This document shows positions 40,271 to 51,033 of a DNA stretch of 64,000 nt, one piece after another; position 1 is the first letter of the stretch; each line of letters starts with the position of its first letter. The DNA lies in the NCBI GenBank assembly GCA_023262965.1, contig JALQXX010000002.1, positions 22,173-86,172 on the forward strand. Reading direction: 5' to 3'. Under the pieces are notes generated by a model. That model was given only the letters and a program-made list of their open reading frames with translations, made no database searches and was not told where the DNA came from. The translations under genes were made by a program, and so were the position numbers. The DNA is from Candidatus Marinamargulisbacteria bacterium. Lineage in GTDB: Bacteria; Margulisbacteria; Marinamargulisbacteria; UBA817.

Positions 40271-41124
40271 TGGTATTGGTTACGATAGTGATGTGGGTGG
40301 GGCATGTATGGGGAGGGGCTCTACCACCTGAGTTTCCGAATGTGGGGCATTTTTTTGTTACCGATGTGGATACGGCTATTGGGCGGGTATTTTACCCGAG
40401 GCCAACCACGCCAACCAATACGTATCGTGTCGGATTTGCCCATCAGAATCGAGAGTGGGGGTATAATTGGATGGCCACAGCGATGGTTGTACCAACATCC
40501 CTGGGACAAGTTGGTGTGGGGTATTCCTGGTATGGCACCGCATCGTTGCCGCGTGTGGCGCAGGATGCTCTTGGGCCCTACCAAAATGGACAGGTATCGG
40601 ATGCATTCCATACGATGGTCCTTGCCTTCCAGCCACAGTTGAAATCGGTGAATTTGGCCATACAGGGTACGGCCTATTACCGCGAATTTGTCGATAAACA
40701 CGCCACGACGTTTCAACTCAGTGCGGCGGTATCCTCGCCCTATGTGTGGAACAATCAGGTGGGTATACGCCTGGTCAATGCGTTGGGCCACACGTATCAA
40801 TGGTCATCGGGTGAGGAGGCCGTTTTTCCGCAATATGCGGGGATATATTGGACGCCATCATGGCAGTCCATTACCGGTGCACTGGATTATTCTATCGCCA
40901 CAAATTACACCAACGTATCGGTTTTATCGGCTTGTGGAACCTATAAAATAGGGCGGATTGGTGGGGTTACATTGGGCTATAAGCAGGTGGCGCAATCACC
41001 CATGTGGTTGATGGGTATTAGCATACACCCCACGGCCTATATTCGTGCAAATCTCACCCATATAATCACGTCCAAAATACAGGATTCGTCGGGATATTCG
41101 TTTGGCTTGGAGTTGATGTTGTAG
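40270..41124 (+). CDS. Hypothetical outer-membrane beta-barrel protein, start overlapping the batE stop (TAATG)
   Basis: Signal-peptide-like MVLVTIVMWVGHVWGG, Gly/Tyr/Trp-rich beta strands and a C-terminus ...FGLELML. The ORF-track start at 40201 is probably too early. Confidence 0.35.
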   Translation: MVLVTIVMWVGHVWGGALPPEFPNVGHFFVTDVDTAIGRVFYPRPTTPTNTYRVGFAHQNREWGYNWMATAMVVPTSLGQVGVGYSWYGTASLPRVAQDALGPYQNGQVSDAFHTMVLAFQPQLKSVNLAIQGTAYYREFVDKHATTFQLSAAVSSPYVWNNQVGIRLVNALGHTYQWSSGEEAVFPQYAGIYWTPSWQSITGALDYSIATNYTNVSVLSACGTYKIGRIGGVTLGYKQVAQSPMWLMGISIHPTAYIRANLTHIITSKIQDSSGYSFGLELML

Positions 41125-41125
41125 T

Positions 41126-42502
41126 ATGTTGCCGACGTATTATTTTATTGGGATCAATGGGATTGGCATGAGTGGATTGGCTGAAATCATGGTTAGTCAA
41201 GGGCACCGTGTGCTGGGATCGGATATTTCACCAACCATTCGGTTGGATCGCTTTGAGGCCTGTGGCATTACTGTATTTACCGACCATCATCCCGACCATA
41301 TCGCGGATTCGGATTGGATTGTGGTGGTGTCAACCGCGGTCTCCTCCCAAAATTCGGAGTACCGTCGTGCAGTGGATCTGGGGTGCACCATTATCCGTCG
41401 AGGCGAGTTATTGGCGCAAATTATGACGGATTTTGCACAATCTCTTGGGGTTGTTGGGACACATGGCAAAACCACCACGTCATCGCTTATTATGCGGATT
41501 TTTTTGGAGTGGGCCAATCCATCGTATTGCATTGGTGGTCTATTGGTGGATCGCCCCCATGCGGCAATTCATGAAAAAGAGTGGTTTATTACTGAATTAG
41601 ATGAAAGTGACGGCTCTTTTTTAATGGCCAAGCCTACCCACGCTGTCGTAACCAATATTGAGCATGAGCACGTGGATTTTTATCCCGATAAGGCGGCTGT
41701 TGTGGATGCGTTTTATCGATTTATCGTCGATATCCCGGGGTATTGTGCCATCAATCTGGATGATCCACTATCGGAAAAAGTGTACAAAAAAATAGCGAAT
41801 CCGAGCCGATTTATTACCTACGGTATTGATGCATCGGGGGCGCGGGTTCGGGCGGAAAATATTCAATACAGTTGGCAGGGAATATCGTTTACATTGATGA
41901 TTAACAATAAGGCAATCGACACCGTAAAGGTTCGGTTATTTGGTAAGCATAATGTGGCCAATGTGTTGGGTGCGATTGCCATATCGCTTCAAAACAACAT
42001 TCCCCTTCAGCATATTTTGAATGGGCTTGCGGCGTTTAAAGGGGTCAAGCGGCGATTGGAGTTGGTGTATCAAGGGCAGGATATTCGGATATACGATGAT
42101 TATGCCCATCATCCTACCGAGATTATTTCTACCCTAGAGGGTTTGTATAAAAGTTTTTCGAATACGCGGATTATAACCATTTTTCAGCCGCATCGGCATA
42201 CCCGGCTGACCAATTTATTTAAGGGGTTTACCGAGTCTTTTTCGCGGTCAAACCGCACCTACATATTGCCGGTATATAGTGCCGGGGAGATCGTGAATCA
42301 TTCCAAAACCGCTGAAGAGTTGGTTGCGGGTATTGTGAGCAATGGAAGCAACGCGGTATTGGTGTCGGATTTTGATCATGCGATAACCTGTATTATGGCC
42401 GATTTGCATCCTCAGGATACGCTGGTGATTATGGGGGCAGGGGATGTTACACGAATAACCCAATCGCTAATTCCGGTTATTTGCCAACGGGGTGGCGCAT
42501 AA
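41126..42502 (+). CDS. murC: UDP-N-acetylmuramate--L-alanine ligase
   Basis: N-terminus YYFIGINGIGMSGLAEIM and the Mur ligase ATP-binding loop GTHGKTTTSS. Confidence 0.9.
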   Translation: MLPTYYFIGINGIGMSGLAEIMVSQGHRVLGSDISPTIRLDRFEACGITVFTDHHPDHIADSDWIVVVSTAVSSQNSEYRRAVDLGCTIIRRGELLAQIMTDFAQSLGVVGTHGKTTTSSLIMRIFLEWANPSYCIGGLLVDRPHAAIHEKEWFITELDESDGSFLMAKPTHAVVTNIEHEHVDFYPDKAAVVDAFYRFIVDIPGYCAINLDDPLSEKVYKKIANPSRFITYGIDASGARVRAENIQYSWQGISFTLMINNKAIDTVKVRLFGKHNVANVLGAIAISLQNNIPLQHILNGLAAFKGVKRRLELVYQGQDIRIYDDYAHHPTEIISTLEGLYKSFSNTRIITIFQPHRHTRLTNLFKGFTESFSRSNRTYILPVYSAGEIVNHSKTAEELVAGIVSNGSNAVLVSDFDHAITCIMADLHPQDTLVIMGAGDVTRITQSLIPVICQRGGA

Positions 42503-43356
42503 AAGTTGAGCGGGGCTTTCCCATTCGACGACTAACGTCGGTTGGTCATATGGGAACGGTGGGTACCGTTATTCATGTGGAATCACCGTCGGACTTGGCC
42601 GATTTACCGGCCGAGTATCGGGCCTTGGGAGCGGGCTCCAATGTCCTGATTGATCCGGAGGTATCCGTGCCGTTGGTGAAGGTCTCCCCGGTATATATGG
42701 CATCGGTGGTCACCGATTATGGGGTGGCTTGCAGTGCAGGTGCCACGGTGGCAACGGTAAGCGCGATTGCCCAGCAACGGGGGTTGTCGGGGTTGGAATT
42801 TGCAACGGGTGTTCCGGCGAGTATTGGGGGGATGGTGTACATGAATTTTTCGTGTTGGGGACAGGTTATGGCCGATGTGGTTCACCGGGTATTGGTGTAT
42901 ACCCCGGGGCAGGGGTTGCAGTGGCGGGATTCGTATGCAACCGCGTATCGATGGACGGCGTTTCATGAATCAAACGATCTTATTGTGGCCGTTGAATTGG
43001 CCTTGAAACCGGCGAATCCGGAAACCATTCAGGCGACAATGATGGATTATCTAACCCAACGAAAACAAAAACAGCCCGTAAGAGCGCGTACATTTGGCTC
43101 TGTATTCAAGAACCCGGAAGGCGATTATGCTGCGCGGCTGATTGAGGCAGCGGGTTTAAAAGGGTATGCGGTGGGAGGGGCCTGTGTATCGCGATGCCAT
43201 GCGAACTTCATTGAAAATACGGGGAATGCGACATATGCGAATATGATGACCGTGATTACCCATGTTCAAAATACGGTTAAATCCAGGTACAATATACAAT
43301 TAGAGTGCGAAGTTCAGATACTTGGTTTCAAAAAAACAAACACGTTATTGGCGTAG
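42481..43356 (+). CDS. murB: UDP-N-acetylenolpyruvoylglucosamine reductase
   Basis: FAD-binding region (LGAGSNVL, EFATGVPASIGGMVYMN) and a MurB C-terminal domain. It overlaps murC. Confidence 0.8.
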   Translation: MPTGWRIKVERGFPIRRLTSVGHMGTVGTVIHVESPSDLADLPAEYRALGAGSNVLIDPEVSVPLVKVSPVYMASVVTDYGVACSAGATVATVSAIAQQRGLSGLEFATGVPASIGGMVYMNFSCWGQVMADVVHRVLVYTPGQGLQWRDSYATAYRWTAFHESNDLIVAVELALKPANPETIQATMMDYLTQRKQKQPVRARTFGSVFKNPEGDYAARLIEAAGLKGYAVGGACVSRCHANFIENTGNATYANMMTVITHVQNTVKSRYNIQLECEVQILGFKKTNTLLA

Positions 43357-44204
43357 TGGGGGGCGGGTTTTCCAATGAGCGGGAGATATCGGTACGATCC
43401 GCTCATAATGTGGCAACAGCATTAACCGCCTTGGGGTACACAATTGTGTGTGTGGATCCAGCAGACGGATCGTTTTTTGATCATCGTTTTGATGTCGCGT
43501 TTAACTGTTTGCATGGCGGATGGGGGGAAGATGGTGGCTTTCAGGCCTATTGTGAGCAACACGGCATTCCCTATACCGGGCCGGGGGTGTATGCGTCATC
43601 CATTGGGTTTAATAAGCCGATATTTAAGACAATGGCGCGTACCTGGGGGATCCCGGTTCCCGAAGATCGCGGTGTCAATGGCCCCTTTCCTATGGTGGCC
43701 AAACCCGCAAAGGGCGGATCCAGTATTGGGGTCTACATGGCTATGAATGCATTGGCGTGGGATGCCATTGTGGTGGCCCATCCCGAGGTGCGGGGCCCGG
43801 ATTACATGCGCGAAGCGTATCACGCTGGTCGAGAGATCACATCGGGGATACTAACCATAGCGGGCGAGGTCACCGTTTTACCCATACTTGAAATCAAAAC
43901 CACCAATCAATTTTATGATTTTGAGGGCAAGTATACCCCCGGAAAAACCCAATTAGAGGCGCCTGCATCCCTACCTGCGGATGTGACGGATCGGGTAGAG
44001 GCCATATCCCGCCGTATTTACAAGGAACTGGCGTGCAAGGGATGCATTCGTGTTGATATGATTATTACCGATCATCAGGTAACGGTATTGGAGGTGAATA
44101 CATCACCAGGAATGACGGAATTGTCGGATATTCCGGCTCAGGCACAGGCACGGGGAATGACGTTTGCTGAGGTGGTAACGCATTGTTTAGACAGTGCGCT
44201 ATAA
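43305..44204 (+). CDS. ddl: D-alanine--D-alanine ligase
   Basis: ATP-grasp fold with N-terminal VVGGGFSNEREISVRSA and C-terminal LEVNTSPGMTE. Confidence 0.85.
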   Translation: MRSSDTWFQKNKHVIGVVGGGFSNEREISVRSAHNVATALTALGYTIVCVDPADGSFFDHRFDVAFNCLHGGWGEDGGFQAYCEQHGIPYTGPGVYASSIGFNKPIFKTMARTWGIPVPEDRGVNGPFPMVAKPAKGGSSIGVYMAMNALAWDAIVVAHPEVRGPDYMREAYHAGREITSGILTIAGEVTVLPILEIKTTNQFYDFEGKYTPGKTQLEAPASLPADVTDRVEAISRRIYKELACKGCIRVDMIITDHQVTVLEVNTSPGMTELSDIPAQAQARGMTFAEVVTHCLDSAL

Positions 44205-44886
44205 ACAAGTGGGGGTATTACTAGGAATCGGGTTATTGGGGATGGGGTTATTCGTGCCGGTGCACGTAGCGGTGGTGTTTTCGGCAACAGAGGCGTGGAT
44301 TCCACGCGATGATATTCGTAAGGCGCTAAAACCCATGCGATCCATGCGATTGATTCAATTCATCAGTTGGTTTCCCTTAAAAGAGCGGGTGCTTCGCCAG
44401 TACCCCATGATTGAGCAGATACATCTGAGAATGGTGCGTTTTCCGGAATTTTCCATGACAGTTATCGAAAAAAAACCCTGGGCCGTGATCATGCATGATA
44501 ATCGCATGCAGGTGTGTTCCCAAGATGGAACGCTATTGAATGCCCACCTCGATAATATTGAATTGCCCAATGGCGCATTGATGATGGTTACCACCAGCAT
44601 GGATATCACCGAAGGAAATCGTGTTCGGGATCGGGAGCTGGAAATTTTGCGTACGATTGATCCGGTTTTTCAGGCGTTACCGGAGCTAATGGTTCAGCAA
44701 TGGGTGATAACCCCCCACTCGATTGAATGCATCCTTACGGATGGGACGGTGATTACCGTGGGGGACGCCCACAAGTTGGCTCAAAAACTCACCACTTTGC
44801 ATTATTTTGTGGGATCATTTCGGGATCAATTGCATCGTGTAAGCGCGATTGATATCCAATATGATGGTCGTGTGATTGTGCATTAA
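44194..44886 (+). CDS. ftsQ: Cell division protein FtsQ (DivIB)
   Basis: N-terminal TM and a POTRA-like domain. Positioned between ddl and ftsA, overlapping both. Confidence 0.6.
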   Translation: MRYKQVGVLLGIGLLGMGLFVPVHVAVVFSATEAWIPRDDIRKALKPMRSMRLIQFISWFPLKERVLRQYPMIEQIHLRMVRFPEFSMTVIEKKPWAVIMHDNRMQVCSQDGTLLNAHLDNIELPNGALMMVTTSMDITEGNRVRDRELEILRTIDPVFQALPELMVQQWVITPHSIECILTDGTVITVGDAHKLAQKLTTLHYFVGSFRDQLHRVSAIDIQYDGRVIVH

Positions 44887-46054
44887 TCCCATGTCCAATC
44901 GATCCACTATTGCCGGTATTGACATAGGAAGTTCTAAGATCAGTGTTGTGGTATGCGAGTACCGTGGCGGTAACAAAATGGTGATGCGGGGAAAAGGAAC
45001 CGCGATAGTGAAGGGCGTTGTGGGGGGAATCATTCAACATCCCGAGCAGTTTGAGATATCCCTGCAGGATGCCATTAGCCGTGCCAGTGCGGATTCCAAT
45101 TGCCGCATTAGCGATGTTGTGGTAAATATTCCTACCGGAAACAGTGATTTTTCGATACAATCGGGGATTGTTCGGTTTGAAACCATCGGGGCAATGACCC
45201 AGAAAGCGGCCACTGAGCAGGCCATGAAAAAAGCCGCTGAATGTGTCGAGCGAAAAAACCGGTCGCTCATGCATTTGTTCCCGCTTCGTCAGATGTTGGA
45301 CAATACCAGCGGGATTACCCATAGTCCAGGGACATTAACGGTGGATGCTGGGATTATTATGGGAGATGCCCAAAACTTGGCATATGTTGGGTCGGCGATA
45401 AAAAAAATGCGCTGTACGGTTCGGGGGGTGATCCACGATTATTTGGCGATGACGGCCATATATCCGGAGCCAATAGAGGCGCCCCATGTGATTATTGATA
45501 TGGGGAGCCAAACCACATCGTGGTGCATTTGCGCCAATCGCCTGGTGCAATGGGCCCACACGGAGCCCATGGGCTCCGATCATATCACCAGTGATTTGGC
45601 CAAGGCGTTATCCTGCGCGTTGTCAGAAGCGGAGCGTGTTAAGGTATTGCACGGAACCCTCGCAACGGTGGATGGGGCGCCGACAATTGACATACACGGT
45701 CCCGAGGGGGTACGGCGGGTTTCGGCACAGATCGTTCAGCAGGTTATTCGAAAGCGTGTATCGCAGATAGTGGATGCCATTGTGCATCAAGCCGCCCATG
45801 ATGCCCCGATTGAGAGGGTTATTTTAGTGGGATCGGGATCGCATTTGGTGGGATTATCGGATTGGGTAAGTACCCAATTTGCTGTGCCGGTTCGGACATG
45901 CATTCAACACCCGGTACTCGACGTGTCATCGCATTATCAACTGGCTTTAGCAATGCTGATTTATGCGGCTAAGATTGGATTAATCGCGAAAACCCCCCGG
46001 GGTATATGGGAATGGTTTAGCCGCCACCTTCGTAAAAATGGCATTGAATTTTAA
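44876..46054 (+). CDS. ftsA: Cell division protein FtsA
   Basis: Actin-fold N-terminus IAGIDIGSSKISVVV and conserved FtsA subdomains. Confidence 0.85.
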   Translation: MCINPMSNRSTIAGIDIGSSKISVVVCEYRGGNKMVMRGKGTAIVKGVVGGIIQHPEQFEISLQDAISRASADSNCRISDVVVNIPTGNSDFSIQSGIVRFETIGAMTQKAATEQAMKKAAECVERKNRSLMHLFPLRQMLDNTSGITHSPGTLTVDAGIIMGDAQNLAYVGSAIKKMRCTVRGVIHDYLAMTAIYPEPIEAPHVIIDMGSQTTSWCICANRLVQWAHTEPMGSDHITSDLAKALSCALSEAERVKVLHGTLATVDGAPTIDIHGPEGVRRVSAQIVQQVIRKRVSQIVDAIVHQAAHDAPIERVILVGSGSHLVGLSDWVSTQFAVPVRTCIQHPVLDVSSHYQLALAMLIYAAKIGLIAKTPRGIWEWFSRHLRKNGIEF

Positions 46055-46081
46055 TTGGGATTACGATTATACTGATACCTA

Positions 46082-47275
46082 ATGGAAAAGAAGCCAATTC
46101 AGCAGTATGCAAACATTAAGGTAATCGGTGTTGGTGGGGCGGGGGGAAATGCGGTGAATCGAATGATCGCTTCTTCGTTGCAGGGGGTGGAATTTTGGGC
46201 GATGAATACCGATATTCAGGCCTTAAATGTGTCCTTAGCCGAGCATCAACTGCAAATTGGTGAAAAATTGACCAAAGGATTGGGTGGGGGTGCGCAGCCC
46301 GCTGTGGGTGCACAGGCAGCCAAAGAAAGTCGGAACGATATTGAAGCCGCTTTAGAAGGTGCGGACATGGTGTTTATTACAGCGGGTATGGGGGGTGGCA
46401 CGGGTACGGGTGCGGCCCCCATTGTTGCGGCGGTTGCAAAGGAACAAGGTGCCCTAACGGTGGCGGTGGTGACCAAACCATTTCGATTTGAGGGCCCCAT
46501 TCGGGCGAAGCAGGCGGCAGATGGTTTGGATGATCTGCGGTCTCAAGTGGATGCATTGATTGTGATTCCCAACGATAAGTTATTGCAAGTGGTGGAGCGG
46601 GTAACCTCACTGGTGGATTCGTTTGCTATTGCGGATGATGTATTGAAGCAGGGGGTTCAAGGCATTGCGAATTTAATTACAACCCCTGGGTTGGTCAACT
46701 TGGATTTTGCCGATGTGAAAACAATTATGGCCAATTCCGGCTCAGCGATGATGGGCATTGGCCGTGCGAGCGGTGAAAACCGCGCAGTGGAAGCCGCTGA
46801 AAAAGCCATTTCTTCGCCATTACTGGAAGAAACCATTACGGGTGCCACGGGCGTGTTACTCAACATTAGTGGGGGCAGTAATTTAACCTTGCATGAGGTT
46901 AATGATGTGGCGGATATTATTTATGCATCGGTGGATTCAGATGCGAACATTTTGTTTGGCTCTGTTATTGATGCGGATTTGGGAGATGATATTATGGTAA
47001 CCGTGATTGCCACGGGGTTTCATGCCCAAGAACCGGCTGAGCCTGCTGCCCAAGCCACATCGGATAGGGGAACGGCCTATCGGATCCCAGACCTTGAATC
47101 CACACCGGATGAGGCGGTAGAACCGGTATTATCAGCAAGTCACACCCAAAGCGGTTTGGGGTCAATTTCCGGAGACAGTCGATTTAAGCAACCCATTCCA
47201 TCCTTAAATAAAAAAGAGTTGCTTGATGCCAGCGATGAGGGGCTAGAAGTCCCTTCTTTTTTACGGAATTTCTAA
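46082..47275 (+). CDS. ftsZ: Cell division GTPase FtsZ
   Basis: Tubulin signature GGGTGTG, N-terminus [17 protein letters not shown] and a C-terminal linker/tail. Confidence 0.95.
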   Translation: MEKKPIQQYANIKVIGVGGAGGNAVNRMIASSLQGVEFWAMNTDIQALNVSLAEHQLQIGEKLTKGLGGGAQPAVGAQAAKESRNDIEAALEGADMVFITAGMGGGTGTGAAPIVAAVAKEQGALTVAVVTKPFRFEGPIRAKQAADGLDDLRSQVDALIVIPNDKLLQVVERVTSLVDSFAIADDVLKQGVQGIANLITTPGLVNLDFADVKTIMANSGSAMMGIGRASGENRAVEAAEKAISSPLLEETITGATGVLLNISGGSNLTLHEVNDVADIIYASVDSDANILFGSVIDADLGDDIMVTVIATGFHAQEPAEPAAQATSDRGTAYRIPDLESTPDEAVEPVLSASHTQSGLGSISGDSRFKQPIPSLNKKELLDASDEGLEVPSFLRNF

Positions 47276-47326
47276 ATTCCGTTCGCGGATTGCCGGCGAC
47301 GGGGATACTTGGATGCGATTAATGTC

Positions 47327-47356
47327 TTGCTCTTTTCAACCCATGCGCGGTATGAT
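47327..47356 (+). promoter_or_regulatory. Candidate sigma-70-type promoter for tRNA-Gly (TTGCTC-N18-TATGAT)
   Basis: -35-like TTGCTC at 47327-47332 and -10 TATGAT at 47351-47356, 14 nt before the mature tRNA 5' end. Sequence match only. Confidence 0.3.
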
Positions 47357-47370
47357 ATAGTCATGACTAC

Positions 47371-47446
47371 GCGGGGTTAGCTCAGTTGGTAGAGTATCTG
47401 CTTGCCAAGCAGAAGGTCGCCAGTTCGAACCTGGTACCCCGCTCCA
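47371..47446 (+). tRNA. tRNA-Gly (anticodon GCC), CCA encoded
   Basis: Cloverleaf read by hand. Acceptor stem GCGGGGT/ACCCCGC, D-arm GCTC-AGTTGGTA-GAGT, anticodon stem-loop TCTGC-TTGCCAA-GCAGA, T-arm GCCAG-TTCGAAC-CTGGT, discriminator T then CCA. Confidence 0.9.
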
Positions 47447-47467
47447 TAAAGCGTTAGCGGAGGATCA

Positions 47468-48760
47468 ATGAAAGTATTAAAATCAAAACGGAATGAGAAT
47501 ACAGTAAGCTTGGAGTTGGAGGCCAGCGCCTTAGAATTAGCGGCTCATATGCCCGATGCCTTTAAAAAAGTCAGTAAAAATGCGCAGCTACCCGGGTTTC
47601 GTAAAGGAAAAGTTCCCCAAAAATTATTTGAAAAACGCTTTGGCACGGGTGTTATTGTAGAAGAAGCCATTAATCGTGTTATGAATCAGGTGTATAAACA
47701 AGCCATTGACGAGCTGTCTTTAAAAGTCATTGATTCGCCAACCGACGTTGATTTGGATGAGTACGTTGCGGATAAGCCCCTCGTGTTTCGCTGCAATGTA
47801 TTGGTGGAACCTGAAATTACCTTGAAAAAATACAAAGGGTTAGCGGTTTCTGTTGAGCATAAACTGGTAACCGATGATATGGTGACTGAGGACGTGAACC
47901 GGTTGTTGGGGGCTCAGGCAACGTATGAAACGGTTGATCGGGCTGCAAAAGAGGATGATATTGTGCGATTTAATGCAACCGTGATGGTGGACGGTGAGCC
48001 ATTCGCTTTGTGGACACGGGATAATCAAGCGATTCGAGTGGGGTCCGGTAGTTACGGTCCCGATGTGGATGCCCACTTTATGGGTCTCAAAAAAGGTGAT
48101 CAAAAAACATTCTCGGTTACCTATGCGGAGAATGCCCATTCGGTGGAGCTGCAAGGCAAAACGGCCGAGTTTTCAATTTCCGTGGATGATGTGCGTGGCA
48201 AACGATTGCCCGAACTGACGGATGAGCTGGCAAAAACATTGGATGAGGGGTGTCAATCGGTGGATGATTTTAAAGCCCGAATTCGTCAGAAATTGACGAC
48301 GCGCACGGATGAAGCCAATGAGCAGGCGAAGCAAAAAGCCATTGAAGAGGCGGTTATGGTTGCGAATCCCTTGGACATTCCGCAGCCGATGATTGATCGT
48401 CGGGCGATGGGTTTGGTGGCTCAGTTTGAGCGCGAAATGCATCAGCGGCAATTTAGTTTGCAGCAGTACATGGCTATCACGCAGAAAACCATTGCGGATA
48501 TCCAAAAGGACTTTGAGCCACAGGCAAAGGAACAAGTGCATTTGCAAAAGATTTTTGAAGCTATCGCCACCAAAGAAAAAATTGTTGTTACCGATGATGC
48601 CATTATTGCGGAGGCCAATACCTTGTCCAAGCGAACGTTTGAGACACGTGAGGCGGTTGAGTCCGAGTATGGCGACGCGTTTGCAGATATTGAATCATTT
48701 GTTCGCAATAAAAATGTGATGGCATTTCTGGCTAAATCGGCTAAAATAAAAGTAGTCTAA
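47468..48760 (+). CDS. tig: Trigger factor
   Basis: 430 aa with a ribosome-binding N-domain (GFRKGKVP motif), a PPIase-like middle and a C-terminal domain. GGAGG SD upstream. Confidence 0.9.
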   Translation: MKVLKSKRNENTVSLELEASALELAAHMPDAFKKVSKNAQLPGFRKGKVPQKLFEKRFGTGVIVEEAINRVMNQVYKQAIDELSLKVIDSPTDVDLDEYVADKPLVFRCNVLVEPEITLKKYKGLAVSVEHKLVTDDMVTEDVNRLLGAQATYETVDRAAKEDDIVRFNATVMVDGEPFALWTRDNQAIRVGSGSYGPDVDAHFMGLKKGDQKTFSVTYAENAHSVELQGKTAEFSISVDDVRGKRLPELTDELAKTLDEGCQSVDDFKARIRQKLTTRTDEANEQAKQKAIEEAVMVANPLDIPQPMIDRRAMGLVAQFEREMHQRQFSLQQYMAITQKTIADIQKDFEPQAKEQVHLQKIFEAIATKEKIVVTDDAIIAEANTLSKRTFETREAVESEYGDAFADIESFVRNKNVMAFLAKSAKIKVV

Positions 48761-48779
48761 AAAAGAAAGGGGTAATACC

Positions 48780-49388
48780 ATGCCTTTAATTCCAATGGTC
48801 ATAGAACAAACCGGTCGAGGGGAGCGTTCGTATGATATTTATTCGCGACTCTTAAAAGAGCGAATTGTGTTTTTATCCACCCAAGTGGATGATGCGATCG
48901 CGAATAGTATCATTGCGCAGCTACTATTCTTAGAAGCGGAGGATAATGAGAAAGATATTTATTTGTATATCAACAGTCCTGGGGGAGTGGTTACGGCGGG
49001 TTTAGCGATTTATGATACCATGCAGTACATCAAATCCAACGTGTCGACCATTTGCTTGGGCCAAGCGGCATCGATGGGGGCGTTGTTGTTGGCGGCGGGT
49101 CACGCGGGCAAACGATTTGCGTTGCCGCATTCGCGCATTATGATCCATCAGCCCTTGGGTGGCGCGCAGGGTCAGGCGACGGACATTGAAATACAGGCCA
49201 AAGAAATTTTGCGCATTAAAAAAGAAATTAACACAATTTTGGTGGATCACACGGGTCAAACATACGAGAACATTGAAAAAGATACGGATCGGGACAATTT
49301 TATGAACGCTGAGCAGGCCAAGCAGTACGGATTAATCGATAGTATTATTACCAAAAAAACAGCGCCTGCTGTTGCGATTGCCAAGTGA
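48780..49388 (+). CDS. clpP: ATP-dependent Clp protease proteolytic subunit ClpP
   Basis: Catalytic Ser region [14 protein letters not shown], His (IMIHQPLGG) and Asp. Confidence 0.95.
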   Translation: MPLIPMVIEQTGRGERSYDIYSRLLKERIVFLSTQVDDAIANSIIAQLLFLEAEDNEKDIYLYINSPGGVVTAGLAIYDTMQYIKSNVSTICLGQAASMGALLLAAGHAGKRFALPHSRIMIHQPLGGAQGQATDIEIQAKEILRIKKEINTILVDHTGQTYENIEKDTDRDNFMNAEQAKQYGLIDSIITKKTAPAVAIAK

Positions 49389-50665
49389 CAAACACCTTAA
49401 AGTGTTCGTTTTGTCATAAATCCCACCGGGATGTTCAGCGATTAATCGCTGGGCCTCCCGGTGTATCGATTTGCGATGAATGTGTGCGTGTTTGCCAGGC
49501 GGTCTTATCGAATCAGCCGGACGAATCGGCGGTGGATTCAACAGCTGAGGACTTTACGGTTCGGGATTTGCCACCCCCAACGGCTTTAAACGCCACCTTA
49601 AATGACTTTGTGATTGAGCAAAATACCGCAAAAAAAATTATTTCGGTAGCCGTTTATAATCACTATAAGCGACTATTTCGGTCATCGGAAACGTATCCGG
49701 ACGTAACCATTCAAAAGACGAATATTTTAATTGCGGGACCTACGGGTACGGGCAAGACCTTAATTGCGCAAACCCTGGCGACCATGTTGGATGTGCCCTT
49801 TACAATTGCGGATGCAACGGCATTAACCGAGTCGGGTTACGTGGGGGACGATGTGGAGAGCATGTTGTTTCGGTTGCTTCAGGTGGCGGACAACGATGTC
49901 AAAAAAGCGGAGCGGGGGATTATTTATTTGGATGAGATTGATAAAATATCCCGAAAATCCGAATCCATGTCAATTACGCGGGATGTGTCGGGGGAGGGGG
50001 TTCAGCAGGCGTTGTTGAAAATATTGGAAGGTACCGAGGTGAATGTTCCTTTAAAGGCGGGACGTAAGCATCCGGGTCAGGAAATGGTCACCATCAATAC
50101 CACGCATATTTTATTTATTTGTGGCGGGGCTTTTCACGGTATTGAGTCGATTATTCAAAAGCGATTGGCGCACCGTGCGATGGGATTTATGACGGATAGC
50201 AGCGCAGCAACGGTGGATGACACCCGAATATTTGAGCACCTGACCACAGATGATTTGCTCAAATATGGGATTATACCCGAGTTAATTGGGCGTATTTCGG
50301 TGATTGCACCGATGCAGGCCTTAAGTGAAGCGAATTTGGCACGCATACTTATTGAACCCAAAAATGCGATTCTGAAACAATACCAGGCCTTAATGGATAT
50401 GGATGGGGTGGCCCTGTCGTTTGAGCCGGCTGCGGTGCAGCGAATCGCCAAAGTGGCGACGTTGAATGCTGTTGGTGCGCGGGCATTACGGTCGATTGTG
50501 GAGCGGATTATGATGGACCATATGTATCATTGCCCGGGGAGTGATCGGACGGCGGTGACCATTACCGAGGCCGATGTGCAGATCTACGAAGCGGCATATT
50601 TGTCGAAGGAAGACCAGGCGCGGTTGGCGCGAAGTGCCGATGCCTTGCCGGCCCCAGTTTTGTAA
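49385..50665 (+). CDS. clpX: ATP-dependent Clp protease ATP-binding subunit ClpX
   Basis: N-terminal C4 zinc-binding domain (CSFC...CDEC), Walker A GPTGTGKT and the GYVG pore loop. It overlaps the clpP stop. Confidence 0.95.
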   Translation: MTNTLKCSFCHKSHRDVQRLIAGPPGVSICDECVRVCQAVLSNQPDESAVDSTAEDFTVRDLPPPTALNATLNDFVIEQNTAKKIISVAVYNHYKRLFRSSETYPDVTIQKTNILIAGPTGTGKTLIAQTLATMLDVPFTIADATALTESGYVGDDVESMLFRLLQVADNDVKKAERGIIYLDEIDKISRKSESMSITRDVSGEGVQQALLKILEGTEVNVPLKAGRKHPGQEMVTINTTHILFICGGAFHGIESIIQKRLAHRAMGFMTDSSAATVDDTRIFEHLTTDDLLKYGIIPELIGRISVIAPMQALSEANLARILIEPKNAILKQYQALMDMDGVALSFEPAAVQRIAKVATLNAVGARALRSIVERIMMDHMYHCPGSDRTAVTITEADVQIYEAAYLSKEDQARLARSADALPAPVL

Positions 50666-51033
50666 TAGCGACGCGATAACAACGGGCGTTTTTTAATAAA
50701 AATGAGGTCAACATTCGCTAAAAATGGTCATTGACTTTATAAGAACGGTTGTATAGGCTGAAATAGTTCTTGTAAAACAGATTATTGAGTCAGTTAGCGA
50801 ACGTGAAGGAATTGTTTAGTGAGGAAAAAAGGGCAATAGAGGGGTTGGGAGGGGGAACGTGCTTGACATGGCAAGAACAATTGAAGAATGGGCTAAAAAT
50901 GGCTTTAGAACAGGGGTCGCATGCGCCTTGGGCGATCCCTGTCCTCAACGACTTCAACCACGACTTCAGCGAGTATGTCTACCACGGTCTTGCAGCATCC
51001 CGAACGTTTCTTGGACACGCATAACCCTTGGTC

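Noticed and set aside
44789-45322. 177-aa minus-strand ORF overlapping ftsQ/ftsA
   Set aside because: It is antisense to two strongly supported division genes, has a His/Gly-rich low-complexity translation and no start context.
47276-47467. tRNA-Gly and tRNA-Leu flanks (also 55321-55548), inspected for integrated elements
   Set aside because: No integrase, direct repeats of the tRNA 3' end, or compositional islands were seen next to either tRNA. Both sit between ordinary housekeeping genes.
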